A DNA stretch of 33,315 nucleotides from Myxococcota bacterium (lineage in GTDB: Bacteria; Myxococcota; JACRCW01): assembly GCA_040752415.1 (NCBI GenBank), contig JBFMGU010000114.1, positions 1-33,315 on the forward strand, written 5' to 3'. Of the stretch, positions 1 to 8,862 are shown piece by piece. Position 1 is the stretch's first letter. Each line of letters starts with the position of its first letter. Position numbers and translations under genes: made by a program. A model generated the notes under the pieces. It saw nothing but the letters and a program-made list of their open reading frames with translations. It did not search any database and was not told the origin of the DNA.

Positions 1-53
1 TCGGCGTCGCTCAATCGGATGCATTTCGGCCCGCCAGCCTTGCGCCGCTTCAT
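1..53 (-). CDS. Possible 5' end of a gene running off the window (MKRRKAGGPKCIRLSDA...)
   Basis: ATG at 53-51 with an open frame to the window edge. A minus-strand TTGACA lies at 96-101. Only 17 codons are visible. Confidence 0.3.
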   Translation of the reverse strand, partial: MKRRKAGGPKCIRLSDA

Positions 54-123
54 GGCACACCCCATTGATGCCTGAGGTAACGTCCCGCGGCGCTTTGTCA
101 AAAGACTTTTGCGGACCCACTTA

Positions 124-217
124 GCCCCTACGGCTGCGGCGTCCGCTCACGCCCTGGATACCGGCGGCGCGAGCGCCTGCCGGACCACTGCCGTGACGAC
201 GTCAGCTGACCACGTAG
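124..217 (+). repeat. Dispersed intergenic repeat module A, copy 1
   Basis: 130-165 matches the reverse complement of 21861-21896 (35/36). 193-212 matches the reverse complement of 21804-21823 (19/20). Confidence 0.85.
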
Positions 218-226
218 TACCAACAG

Positions 227-380
227 TACCGCGGTTCCCGTTGAAGTTGGCCGTGGCGGAGGGTGAACCTGGCACCCTGCGAAGCGATGGTTCTCTGGCA
301 GCGGAATCGCAGCCATTCTTGTCCGCGTTTCCGCGGCCAAGGGCCATCACTTCCCCGGTCAAGCTGAATGGGAACCGCCG
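227..380. mobile_element. MITE-like element with imperfect terminal inverted repeats, carrying module B
   Basis: Left end TA-CCGCGGTTCCCGTTGAAGTTGGCCG. The right end reads GCGGTTCCCATTCAGCTTGACCG on the minus strand. Internal AGCCATTCTTGTC..TTCCGCGGCCAAGGGCCATCAC recurs at about 6060 and 33230. Confidence 0.7.
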
Positions 381-520
381 GAAGACAGCGCAGTGCGTCG
401 TCACCCACAATTGAAAACCAGCATCGCTGCGGGGCAACGGGGTGGCGTGCACTTCCTGGACGTGGCCACGCGCACGGCGAAGGGTCGCACGCGTGCTGAG
501 CGTGCGGTCGTCTGTAGCTG

Positions 521-3500
521 CTACTGGCCCTCGTAGAAGGTGACGCCGGGCAACGTGGGGCCGTTCTGCACGCGCGCCGCCAGCACGTCCAAGTCCCCGT
601 CGCCATTGAAGTCACCCACCAGCACATCCACCAGCTGAATGGCGGGGTCCTCCCACAACGTCCCGGCCGCGCCCGACGGAGCCAGCCACCCGCCGAACGC
701 GGGATTGATGTTGGTGACCACGTGCAACCCGCTGGCGGAGCCCGCCACCAGGTCCTGGTCCCCGTCCCCGTCCAGGTCCGCGAGCGCCACCCCGGCAAGC
801 GCGGGCAGGTATCCCGTCGACGTCACCGCGGTCCACGGCGCAACCCCCGTGGCCTGCCCGAGCAGCGCGGTGAACGTCCCATCCGCACCACCCACCACGA
901 GGTCCGTGGGCGCGTCCCAGTTGATCTTCCCCGCCGCCATCCGCACGGGAGAGGCCGGGAGCGCCACTTCGTGCGAAGGGTTCTGGTAGGTCGTCCCCGT
1001 CGGGAGGAAGCCCACCACGGCAACATGCGCGGGCGCGTCATGCAGGAGCACCGCATCCAGAACGCCATCCGGTTGCGCCAGTGTGGGGCCCACCACGTCG
1101 ACAAGCTGGACCTGGCGCGGTGAAGCGCTGATGGCCACCGCCTGCGCAACGAAATTCCCGGCCTGCTGAAGCAGCACCACGAGCTGCGGGGGATTCGCGG
1201 TCACATAGGCCAGGTCGACACGGCCGTCCCGGTCCACGTCACCCGCCGCCACGCTGATGGCCGACGAGAACGAAGGGTCATCACGCTCGTAGAACGGCGT
1301 GACCTCCAGGCTCCCGGCGTGGTCGTTCCGCCAGATCTCCACGCGCGCCACGCCGGTGTCGGAATCCAACAGCACCACCACGTCCATGGCGCCATCCGCG
1401 TCGACGTCGGCAACGGTGAGCGCGCGCGGCGTACCCGTGGTGAGCACGGTGCTCTGCTCGACAAAGCCCGGCGGTCCCTCCACGCCCGCGTGGCGCCACA
1501 GCGACAACGTCCCGCCGGAGCCCAGCGTGGCCAGGTCCGGCCAGCCGTCGAGGTTGAAGTCGGCGGAGGCCAGGGAGATGGGCGTGTCGGTCCAGGTGTT
1601 GGAGAGGTCGGGCGCCAGCGTCCCGGCCCCCGCGCCGTCGACGACGCCCCGCACGCGCACGCCGTCCCCCAGGGCCGCCGCGAGCTGGTGCGACGCCCCG
1701 GAATTGCCGGGCATGATGACGTCGTCGTCGCCATCGCGGGAAAAGTCGCCGACGAGGAATCGCGCTTGCTCCACGGGCCCGCCCCCGCTCCAGGCGGTCA
1801 GCGGGTCAAACAGGTCCGGGGTGGGGATTCCCGCATAGAGATGCAGCCCCTCGCCTCCCGCCGGAGCCACCGCCACGTCCGTCAGCACGTCGCCCTCCAG
1901 GTCCAGCGAGGTGACGCCGGCACAATAGGCCGAGAAGAAGCTCGAGACGACAGTGCTATTCACCACGAAGCCCGCTGGCGTCCCGTCATGGAGCAGGGTG
2001 TGGACGCCGTCCGGGCCGGGCATGACCAGGTCGACCCGGCCGTCCCGGTTCACGTCGGCGGCCACCAGGTTGGCCCCGGTGTCCGGCGTGGCGTTCGTGG
2101 AGAAGGTGCCACCCACGCTTAGCGCATTACCGTCGCTTAGGAACGTGTGCGCGTTGGCGCCGCTGCGCACCACCACGTCCTGCGTTCCGTTGTGGTCCAG
2201 GTCATGGACCAGCGCGGCCTGCCCGGAATACGCGCCGGAAACGGTCTGGCCCGCGCCCGGTGGCGTCAGGACACCCGCGACATTGGGATAGACCGCCACG
2301 GCGGCGGAGCCTGGTCCGGTCACCACCACGTCGTCCCAGGAGTCGCGCACCACGTCACCCACCGCCGCGGCGCTGGCCTCGGAGACCAACGTGGTCACCA
2401 CGGGTGCGGGAGCCAGGACGCCGGGCGCGGTGCCCGCGTGCAGGTGCAGCTCGGTGGTGGTGGCGAGCAGGACATCCAGGAGCCCGTCGCGGTCGAGGTC
2501 GGCGACATGGATGAACACCGGTGTCCCCGCACTGCTCGCCACGACGGAAGGCGTGGGGTCGAAGCCGTCGACGCCCAGGCCGCGGTACATCCGGATGTCC
2601 CCGTTGGCATCCACGCCCACGACGTCCAGGGTTCCATCGCGGTTGAAGTCGACCGCGACACCGTCGACCCAGGCGGCGGCCACTTCCGTGGAGATGGTGG
2701 TCTTGAAGTCCAGCACGTTGGCAAACGTGGAGCTGTCGCGCCCGCGCAGGAAGCCCGACCAGACCACGGGGACATCCGCCACCACGGAGTTGCGCAGCTC
2801 CGGGACACAGGACGCGTTGGTCCCCTGCAGGTTCATCACGACGAGGAATTCCTGCACGCCGGTTGCGGTGAAGCCGCCCAGCTCGACGAAGGAGGCGGAC
2901 GAGTCCCAGAGATCCGTGGCCACCACCAGGTCCGCGGGTCCCGCGCGGGTGTCCCGGTTCAGGTCCTCCAGGAGCGTGACGGGCGAAGGGTCCAAGGTGC
3001 CCTGGACGGTATCCAGCCGCATCCCCAGCGACGACACCGCGACGGAGCCGCCCCCGCGCACGGTGGTCTTCAGGCGCATGATGGGATGGTTGGTGGTGCC
3101 ACTGACCGCGGTGTGCGCATTGAACAGCGGCAGCGGCTCCAGGGCCAGGTAGCGCGCCACGCAGGAGAATCCCGACGGAGAGAACGAGCCGCCCTGGCCG
3201 TCCAGGAGACGACCGCTGGTGACGCCCGTGCCCTGGATGTCCGGTGAGCCCGCCGTGGGACCGCAGTACTGGACCTGTTGGGTGACGGAATCCAGATCAT
3301 AGGTGAACAGCACGTTGACGGTGCCGCCCGCGGAGAGCGGCAGCAACGTGGAAAAGGCCGTCTCCGTCTCCGAGATGGGCGCGCTGCCCAGCAACACGTC
3401 CGCGGGGTCCAGCTCATCCAGCGGTTCCTGGTCGTGATAGATCCGCAGCACGCCGGAGATTCCCGCCGGGTTGACCACGCGCAGCTGTTGGATGGTGACG

Positions 3501-4669
3501 TCTTCGTTCCCGCTGCTCTCGAAGATCCTCCACCGTGCCACCGCCTGCTCGGGGTCCTCGCCGGTCAGGTAGCCGCTACCGAGCGCGTCATGGGCGGCGG
3601 AGAGCTGACCCGGGGCCACGCCGCTCGACGATGAAGCGGCGGAGCTGCTGCTGGACGAGGACGAAGTAGCGCTGCTGCTGGAGGAAGCGCTGCTGGATGA
3701 TGACGAGGACGCGCTGGATGACGAGGTGGTGGCACCGTTCAGTTCGTCATTCCAGACCAGGATCTCACCGAGGTCACGTCCCGCCTCCGGCACCAGCACC
3801 CAGGCCACGCGCACGGGCGTGAGCGGCGCGGGCAGGTCCACCTTCAACGCGTACAGCGAGGGGGCGACGTCGGTGAGCGTGAAGCCGGCGCTGGTCACGG
3901 TGTGGATGAGCGGCTCGGTCTCGGTGAGGGATTCCAGCCGCGTCTCCACCGACTGCGGCAGCGGCGGGTCCGGCTGGCCGGGCGCCTTGACCAGCGATGC
4001 GTGCACCGTGGCGTCGGAAACCGTGAGCGCGTGCAGGCACAGCGGCGCGGGGAGCGTGCGTTCCTCGGCGGTGCCCAGCTCGACGTCGAGCGGGTCGGAG
4101 AGGAATCCCGCGGCGCCCGCCACGGCGCGATGGGAACCGGGCAGCACCGCGCGCAGCTCGAAGTTGCCGGCGGCGTCCACCTGCGTGGCCACCTCCTCCA
4201 GGTCCAGCACCACCCACGTCCCCGACGGAGGTGGCGACCCGGGCGCACAGGAACCCTGCTCCTGCTGGCGCACGGTGCCCCGCAGGACGCCCACCTTGCC
4301 GAGGAGGATCTCGCCCAGGTCCACCCCGGGCCGCTTGCCGTTGCGCGCGCGCACCTCGACGGAGAGCTGGCGTCCCAGGTCGGCCACGTTGTCGCCGTTG
4401 GTATCCAGGGTCAGGTTGAAGCGGTGGATTCCCTCGGGGAGGTTGCGGAGGATGAACACGCCCTTGTCGTCGCTCCGTCGGGACAGGCTCGTTCCCAGCA
4501 GTCGCACCGTGGCGCCGGCCGCCGGCTGGATTCCCTGACCCAGGTCCGCCAGCAGCACGCCGCGCACGTCTCCTTCACCCAGCCCCGCGAGCGGGTTGTC
4601 CAGCGGGTAGATGCACGCCGACGCAAAGAGCAGCGTCGACACCGTCCAGCGTCGAGCGGAGATGGGCAT
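521..4669 (-). CDS. Large surface lipoprotein: carboxypeptidase-regulatory-like N-terminal domains, Ser-rich linker, two Ig-like repeats, multiple FG-GAP/VCBS repeats
   Basis: 1382-aa ORF with lipobox-like LFASAC and a poly-Ser linker. Many DxN/DxDGxxD motifs (DFNRDGTLDV, DLDRDGLLDV, DVDRDGRVDL, DLDGDGDQDL, DFNGDGDLDV). Confidence 0.9.
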   Translation of the reverse strand: MPISARRWTVSTLLFASACIYPLDNPLAGLGEGDVRGVLLADLGQGIQPAAGATVRLLGTSLSRRSDDKGVFILRNLPEGIHRFNLTLDTNGDNVADLGRQLSVEVRARNGKRPGVDLGEILLGKVGVLRGTVRQQEQGSCAPGSPPPSGTWVVLDLEEVATQVDAAGNFELRAVLPGSHRAVAGAAGFLSDPLDVELGTAEERTLPAPLCLHALTVSDATVHASLVKAPGQPDPPLPQSVETRLESLTETEPLIHTVTSAGFTLTDVAPSLYALKVDLPAPLTPVRVAWVLVPEAGRDLGEILVWNDELNGATTSSSSASSSSSSSASSSSSATSSSSSSSSAASSSSGVAPGQLSAAHDALGSGYLTGEDPEQAVARWRIFESSGNEDVTIQQLRVVNPAGISGVLRIYHDQEPLDELDPADVLLGSAPISETETAFSTLLPLSAGGTVNVLFTYDLDSVTQQVQYCGPTAGSPDIQGTGVTSGRLLDGQGGSFSPSGFSCVARYLALEPLPLFNAHTAVSGTTNHPIMRLKTTVRGGGSVAVSSLGMRLDTVQGTLDPSPVTLLEDLNRDTRAGPADLVVATDLWDSSASFVELGGFTATGVQEFLVVMNLQGTNASCVPELRNSVVADVPVVWSGFLRGRDSSTFANVLDFKTTISTEVAAAWVDGVAVDFNRDGTLDVVGVDANGDIRMYRGLGVDGFDPTPSVVASSAGTPVFIHVADLDRDGLLDVLLATTTELHLHAGTAPGVLAPAPVVTTLVSEASAAAVGDVVRDSWDDVVVTGPGSAAVAVYPNVAGVLTPPGAGQTVSGAYSGQAALVHDLDHNGTQDVVVRSGANAHTFLSDGNALSVGGTFSTNATPDTGANLVAADVNRDGRVDLVMPGPDGVHTLLHDGTPAGFVVNSTVVSSFFSAYCAGVTSLDLEGDVLTDVAVAPAGGEGLHLYAGIPTPDLFDPLTAWSGGGPVEQARFLVGDFSRDGDDDVIMPGNSGASHQLAAALGDGVRVRGVVDGAGAGTLAPDLSNTWTDTPISLASADFNLDGWPDLATLGSGGTLSLWRHAGVEGPPGFVEQSTVLTTGTPRALTVADVDADGAMDVVVLLDSDTGVARVEIWRNDHAGSLEVTPFYERDDPSFSSAISVAAGDVDRDGRVDLAYVTANPPQLVVLLQQAGNFVAQAVAISASPRQVQLVDVVGPTLAQPDGVLDAVLLHDAPAHVAVVGFLPTGTTYQNPSHEVALPASPVRMAAGKINWDAPTDLVVGGADGTFTALLGQATGVAPWTAVTSTGYLPALAGVALADLDGDGDQDLVAGSASGLHVVTNINPAFGGWLAPSGAAGTLWEDPAIQLVDVLVGDFNGDGDLDVLAARVQNGPTLPGVTFYEGQ

Positions 4670-4750
4670 GGGCAGGTCCCGGGTGTGGGCCCCTCGGTAG
4701 CATCCCGTCGTGAGTGGCTCAATCCGCGTGCGTGAAGCGGATGTCGAGGG

Positions 4751-5341
4751 TCAGCCGTGCGTGGGAGGCCAGACCGCCTCTTCCGTGAGCCCCAGCTCGG
4801 CGAGCTCCTGCGCACGCAGCGGTGCGTCGTTGGCGCAGAAGAACTCGTCCAACTGCGGCGGCGGGACCCGCGTGCCGGCGAGCATGGCGTGCACCTGCCC
4901 GCGGTGATGGATCTGGTGCTGGAAGAGATGCGCGAGCACCCGGGTCGCGTCCTCCACCCTGGGACCCACGCGCCACGTCACCGTCACCTCGTGGTGCAGG
5001 TCCGCGTGGGTGCGCGCGCGACACAGCGCGATGAGGCGGCGGTCACACGCGTGCTGCTCGACGGAGAGCGGCGCCAGCGTGTGAAACGGCTCCTCCGGCT
5101 CGAAGTAGCGTCGGGAGTCCGGGTTGGGCGGCTGGTTGTTGAACGCACGTTCCAGTGCGTCCAGGTAGAACCAGTCGACCGTGAGGATGTGATTGAGCGT
5201 GGCCTTGATGGAAGGAAAGAAGCTGGTGCGTTGCGCGGTGAATTCCTCGTCGGTGAGCTGCGCGCACGCGGCGAGCAGGCGGTGGTTGGACCAGGCGTTG
5301 TTGCAGGCCATGGTGAAGCAGTGATGGGCGAGCGGGTCCAT
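4751..5341 (-). CDS. DinB family (DinB/YfiT-like) protein
   Basis: Start MDPLAHH after GAGGTG RBS. Motifs NNAWSNHRL, FFPSIKATLNHIL and HLFQHQIHHRGQVHAML are typical of the DinB family His triad. Confidence 0.9.
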   Translation of the reverse strand: MDPLAHHCFTMACNNAWSNHRLLAACAQLTDEEFTAQRTSFFPSIKATLNHILTVDWFYLDALERAFNNQPPNPDSRRYFEPEEPFHTLAPLSVEQHACDRRLIALCRARTHADLHHEVTVTWRVGPRVEDATRVLAHLFQHQIHHRGQVHAMLAGTRVPPPQLDEFFCANDAPLRAQELAELGLTEEAVWPPTHG

Positions 5342-5366
5342 CTGCACCTCTCGTGTCGACGGGCGG

Positions 5367-5918
5367 TCAGGGCGTGGCGTCGGGAATGAGCAGGGGCTCG
5401 ATGACGGCGACCGGACCGGGACAGGACTGTGCGTGGCACGCCAGGCAGCCCTGCACGGCGTGGTTGAAGGCTTCACGCGGACGGGCGGGCTGGGCATCCC
5501 ACGCGTGCACGAGGTCCAGGTACGCGCGCGCCGCGGCGTCGAAGGAGGCGTTGCGATCCGAGGGCGTGGTGGGCCACGCACAGCGAATGCGACGGTGACG
5601 TTCCCACACGCTGGGCAGCGCACGACCCTGCACCACGTCCTCCCGGGCCCGCTGCACGTCCCGGAGCATGTCCCGCATCAGCGCGGCCAGCTCGCTCACG
5701 CCGTTGGGATTCATGTCGCTGGGCAGGAGGTGACCGGGACTTCCGGGGACGCCCTCCACCAACGGCGTTTCCAGGGTGCAATCCTCCGACGTGGCGCTGG
5801 GCGCCGTTGCTGGAGCGGGAGCGGTTTCACGCGGTGCGGTCTGCTTGGAGGAAGCGCACGCCGTCAGCAACGTCAGCGCACAACACGGGAGAAGCGAGGA
5901 GTGACGGGTCACGAACAT
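5367..5918 (-). CDS. Putative monoheme c-type cytochrome lipoprotein (cytochrome c'-like placement of heme motif)
   Basis: Lipobox LLTAC, helical body, and C-terminal CLACH followed by AQSCPGP. Confidence 0.7.
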   Translation of the reverse strand: MFVTRHSSLLPCCALTLLTACASSKQTAPRETAPAPATAPSATSEDCTLETPLVEGVPGSPGHLLPSDMNPNGVSELAALMRDMLRDVQRAREDVVQGRALPSVWERHRRIRCAWPTTPSDRNASFDAAARAYLDLVHAWDAQPARPREAFNHAVQGCLACHAQSCPGPVAVIEPLLIPDATP

Positions 5919-5957
5919 GGGCCAGCGTCTCGCATGCGCGGATTCCGGGTGCAACAG

Positions 5958-6143
5958 GATTGGCCGGGGAAATGATGGCCCTCAGGCGCGGAACGAGGAC
6001 TGAGGCGTCGACATCGTGACCCACGGGGCATGGGTTGTCGCACCGGATCCCATGGAGCGTGGCGCAGCCATTCTTGTCTGCGATTCCGCGGCCAAGAGCC
6101 ACGACTTCGCAGGTGGCAGTCAACGGAGCGGAGTCGCCGTAGG
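5958..6143. repeat. Inverted pair of repeat module B (degenerate MITE)
   Basis: 6058-6096 is a perfect 39-bp reverse complement of 33228-33266. 5958-5993 resembles 33203-33240 in the same orientation. Confidence 0.85.
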
Positions 6144-6152
6144 GCGCCGTCG

Positions 6153-6860
6153 TCACTCCGCCTGCTTGGCGGATGCGCTCGACGACGGCGTGGCCTGTTG
6201 TTGGATGCGTTGCGCCAGCGTGGCGTTGTATCGCTCCATGGCCTGCTCCAAGGCGCCCTGGTCCCGTCGACGTGCGTACTCCCACAGCGCCGCTCCCACC
6301 GCACCCAGCAGGTGACCGGGAAGCACTGCGGCGGTGCCCGCCACGACGAGAACGCAGGTGAAGAACATGGACGTGGCCACGTTCAGCTCGGGCGCCAGCG
6401 GACGCACCTGGGGATTGCGCACGTAGCTCCACGCCAACACGTCCATGGCCATCACGAGACCCAGTCCCACCATGATGGCGCCCGGCGCCCCCGCGAGCAG
6501 CACAGGCAACGACGCCAGGATGATGCCCACGCCCGTCCACGCCAACGGCTTCGACGACGTCGATAGCAGCGCGCGGGCGGCTGGCTCCGCGGAGAGGTAC
6601 GCGCGGATGTCGGCGTCGGGCTCCGGCGTGAGGATGTTGGGCCGCTCCGCGCGACGCACCGGTCCGGCCCAGACCTGGCCATTGGCCATGCGCACCCGGT
6701 AGCGACGGTAGAGCGCCCGCTGCTCCTCGAGATTGCCGCTGTTGGCGAGCTCCCCGTCGGTGGGTTGGCGCGGGAGGGGCTCACGGTACGCCGCGCTGGG
6801 TCCCGCGCACGCGCCCAGAAGCACCAGCGCCATCACGGTCACAATCCTGGTCACCAGCAC
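6153..6860 (-). CDS. Hypothetical membrane-associated lipoprotein
   Basis: GTG start after GGGAG, lipobox LLGAC, several hydrophobic segments and a C-terminal AMERYNATL helix. The start is uncertain. Confidence 0.7.
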   Translation of the reverse strand: MLVTRIVTVMALVLLGACAGPSAAYREPLPRQPTDGELANSGNLEEQRALYRRYRVRMANGQVWAGPVRRAERPNILTPEPDADIRAYLSAEPAARALLSTSSKPLAWTGVGIILASLPVLLAGAPGAIMVGLGLVMAMDVLAWSYVRNPQVRPLAPELNVATSMFFTCVLVVAGTAAVLPGHLLGAVGAALWEYARRRDQGALEQAMERYNATLAQRIQQQATPSSSASAKQAE

Positions 6861-7081
6861 GCACCACTCCCTTTCGCGCGAAGCATGACGAAGTGACATT
6901 CCCACCTCCGCGTCGTCAAGAAGCGCTCGTCGGCGGCGTGCGCGAGTTTTGCGTCGTGGCGCAAGTTCCGCCGCGACACCGCGGTCTTGTCCGCTCGTGT
7001 CGCGCCGCGATAGAGGATGCTCCCCGTCGCTGAGCGCTCGTCGGAGAAGTGGGAGGTCCGCGACGCGGGAACTGGAGTTGC

Positions 7082-7786
7082 GTGGTGCTGTCCGGTTGTG
7101 TGCTGGCCGTTGTGCTGTCTCTCGCCACGTTGCCATCTGCGGACAACGGCGGCGCGGCGACGTCGTCGCGGGCGAATGCGGAGGCGGTGGTGGAGCCGCG
7201 CGAGCGTCCCGGCGACGTGATCCCGGTGCTGGCGGCGGTGGGCGCGGGTACGGTGGCCTTCCTGGTCACGACGACGTGGGGCGGTCTGCTGGGCGCACTG
7301 CTGGGTCCCCTCCAGTCCACGCGGCCTTTCATCCTCGAGACCTCTCGCAGCCCGTCCCCCGCGCTGACCGACCTGGCCGCGCATTCCGTCATGGGCATGG
7401 CGTTGTCGCTCCCGGTGGCGGGTCTGGCGTTGCTGTTTGCCGACGGGTTGACGTGGGCGCTGGTGACGTTGCCACGCGGCCGGGCCATCACGCTCCGGCC
7501 GTTGCTCTTCTACGTGTTGGCCGCGGTGGCCTGTGTCCCGGTTGCGGCGGGATTCGCGTTGATTGCCGGGCTGGGGATGGTGTCGCTGCGGTGGGAGGGG
7601 GACCGGCTGGAGCGCAACCGCGACAAGCTGGCGCTGACGGCGGCGCTGGGTGGTGCGCTGGGCGTCTGGCTCTTCCTCCCGTTGTGGATGGCCATGTCCA
7701 TGTACATCCGTCTTGCCGCGGGCTGGGCGCTGGTGGAGCCCGACGAGCGCATGACGTTCCCCGAGTTGGCCCAGCGTTTCCGTTGA
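7082..7786 (+). CDS. Hypothetical multi-pass membrane protein with signal-like N-terminus
   Basis: GTG after GGAG, about four hydrophobic segments, GC3-rich codons. Confidence 0.7.
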   Translation: MVLSGCVLAVVLSLATLPSADNGGAATSSRANAEAVVEPRERPGDVIPVLAAVGAGTVAFLVTTTWGGLLGALLGPLQSTRPFILETSRSPSPALTDLAAHSVMGMALSLPVAGLALLFADGLTWALVTLPRGRAITLRPLLFYVLAAVACVPVAAGFALIAGLGMVSLRWEGDRLERNRDKLALTAALGGALGVWLFLPLWMAMSMYIRLAAGWALVEPDERMTFPELAQRFR

Positions 7787-7790
7787 CGCA

Positions 7791-8612
7791 TCACTCCGCG
7801 GCACCGACGGGCTGATGGTTGCGCGCCCACAACCACAGCGCGCCATGCACCACACCCAGCGCAATGAAGTTCGCGCTCATCCACCAGGCGGGATACACCG
7901 CGGTGGTCAGCAGTCCCGCGCGCTTGATGGCGAAGAGCCGGTCCACGAAGCCGAAGGCGGGAATCGAGGGCATGGCGGGCAGGATGCCCATGGACGTCAA
8001 CACCAGCACCAGGCCCAGCGCCGCGGGAGCGAGCGAGAACGGCAGGGAGATGAGCCCCAGCGACACCAGCGCCGGCACGAGCAGCAATGACCCACGTTGG
8101 ACCGGTCGCGGGGGCACGTGGGAGCGGCACACGCCCGTGCCCAGCCCGTCGGTCTTCTCGACGACCTGGTTCACCATCACCGTGAGGAGCAGCGTGAAGT
8201 GCGGCATGTTGCCCACCACGTTGACCAGCGCTCCGCCCGCCGCCAGCGCCAGCATCATGAGCTCCAGTGTCTGCGGCGTGACCCACTCCGGTCGCTGCAT
8301 CCCGCGCGCGCGCTCCCACTTGGTCAGCAGGTCCAGCACCAGCGTGTGCGTGATGAGTCCCTTGGCCACGCCCCCGACGAGGAGCGGGAGCGCCGTGGGA
8401 AAGGCCAGCGTGGCGGCCACGGTGGCGGTGGTCCAGTAACAGGACATCCGCGTACGCGGGTTCCAGCGCGGCGGGGACGATGGCGCGCTCGTCGGTGGAG
8501 GCGGTGACACGGCGGATGAACCCGACGCAGCCGCGGTCTGTGACGACGACGATGACGCGGTATCCGCGGGAGCCAGGAAGAGCAGTGTCAACGCGACGGA
8601 CGCAACCAGCAT
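7791..8612 (-). CDS. Hypothetical multi-pass membrane protein with signal peptide and Ser/Pro-rich linker
   Basis: 273-aa ORF with signal-like MLVASVALTLLFLAPA and several TM-like segments. Convergent with the previous gene (4-bp gap). Confidence 0.7.
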   Translation of the reverse strand: MLVASVALTLLFLAPADTASSSSSQTAAASGSSAVSPPPPTSAPSSPPRWNPRTRMSCYWTTATVAATLAFPTALPLLVGGVAKGLITHTLVLDLLTKWERARGMQRPEWVTPQTLELMMLALAAGGALVNVVGNMPHFTLLLTVMVNQVVEKTDGLGTGVCRSHVPPRPVQRGSLLLVPALVSLGLISLPFSLAPAALGLVLVLTSMGILPAMPSIPAFGFVDRLFAIKRAGLLTTAVYPAWWMSANFIALGVVHGALWLWARNHQPVGAAE

Positions 8613-8862
8613 GGCGCTCTGTCATAGCGCGGCTCAGTGGTCCGTTGTCACGTGGGGGCGGCGCGAAAAACGTGCACAGTCGGCTGCGTCACCCCGCTTC
8701 GGCGCGCGGGATGGGCCACGTTCCTGGGAGGTGGAGCGCGGCGGCCGTCACGTCACGACGACAACATTTCGCGAAGCCCCGGGGAAGGTGGAGTGGGCTC
8801 TCGCGCGTGTGCCATGTTTGCCGAGGTCCGGGTCGCTCCCGGTGCCTGCCGAGGGATTCCAC

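Noticed and set aside
109..452. Short ORFs over the first intergenic region, with similar peptides near 6000, 21900 and 33200
   Set aside because: The similarity is explained by non-coding DNA repeats, and frames and starts are not conserved between copies.
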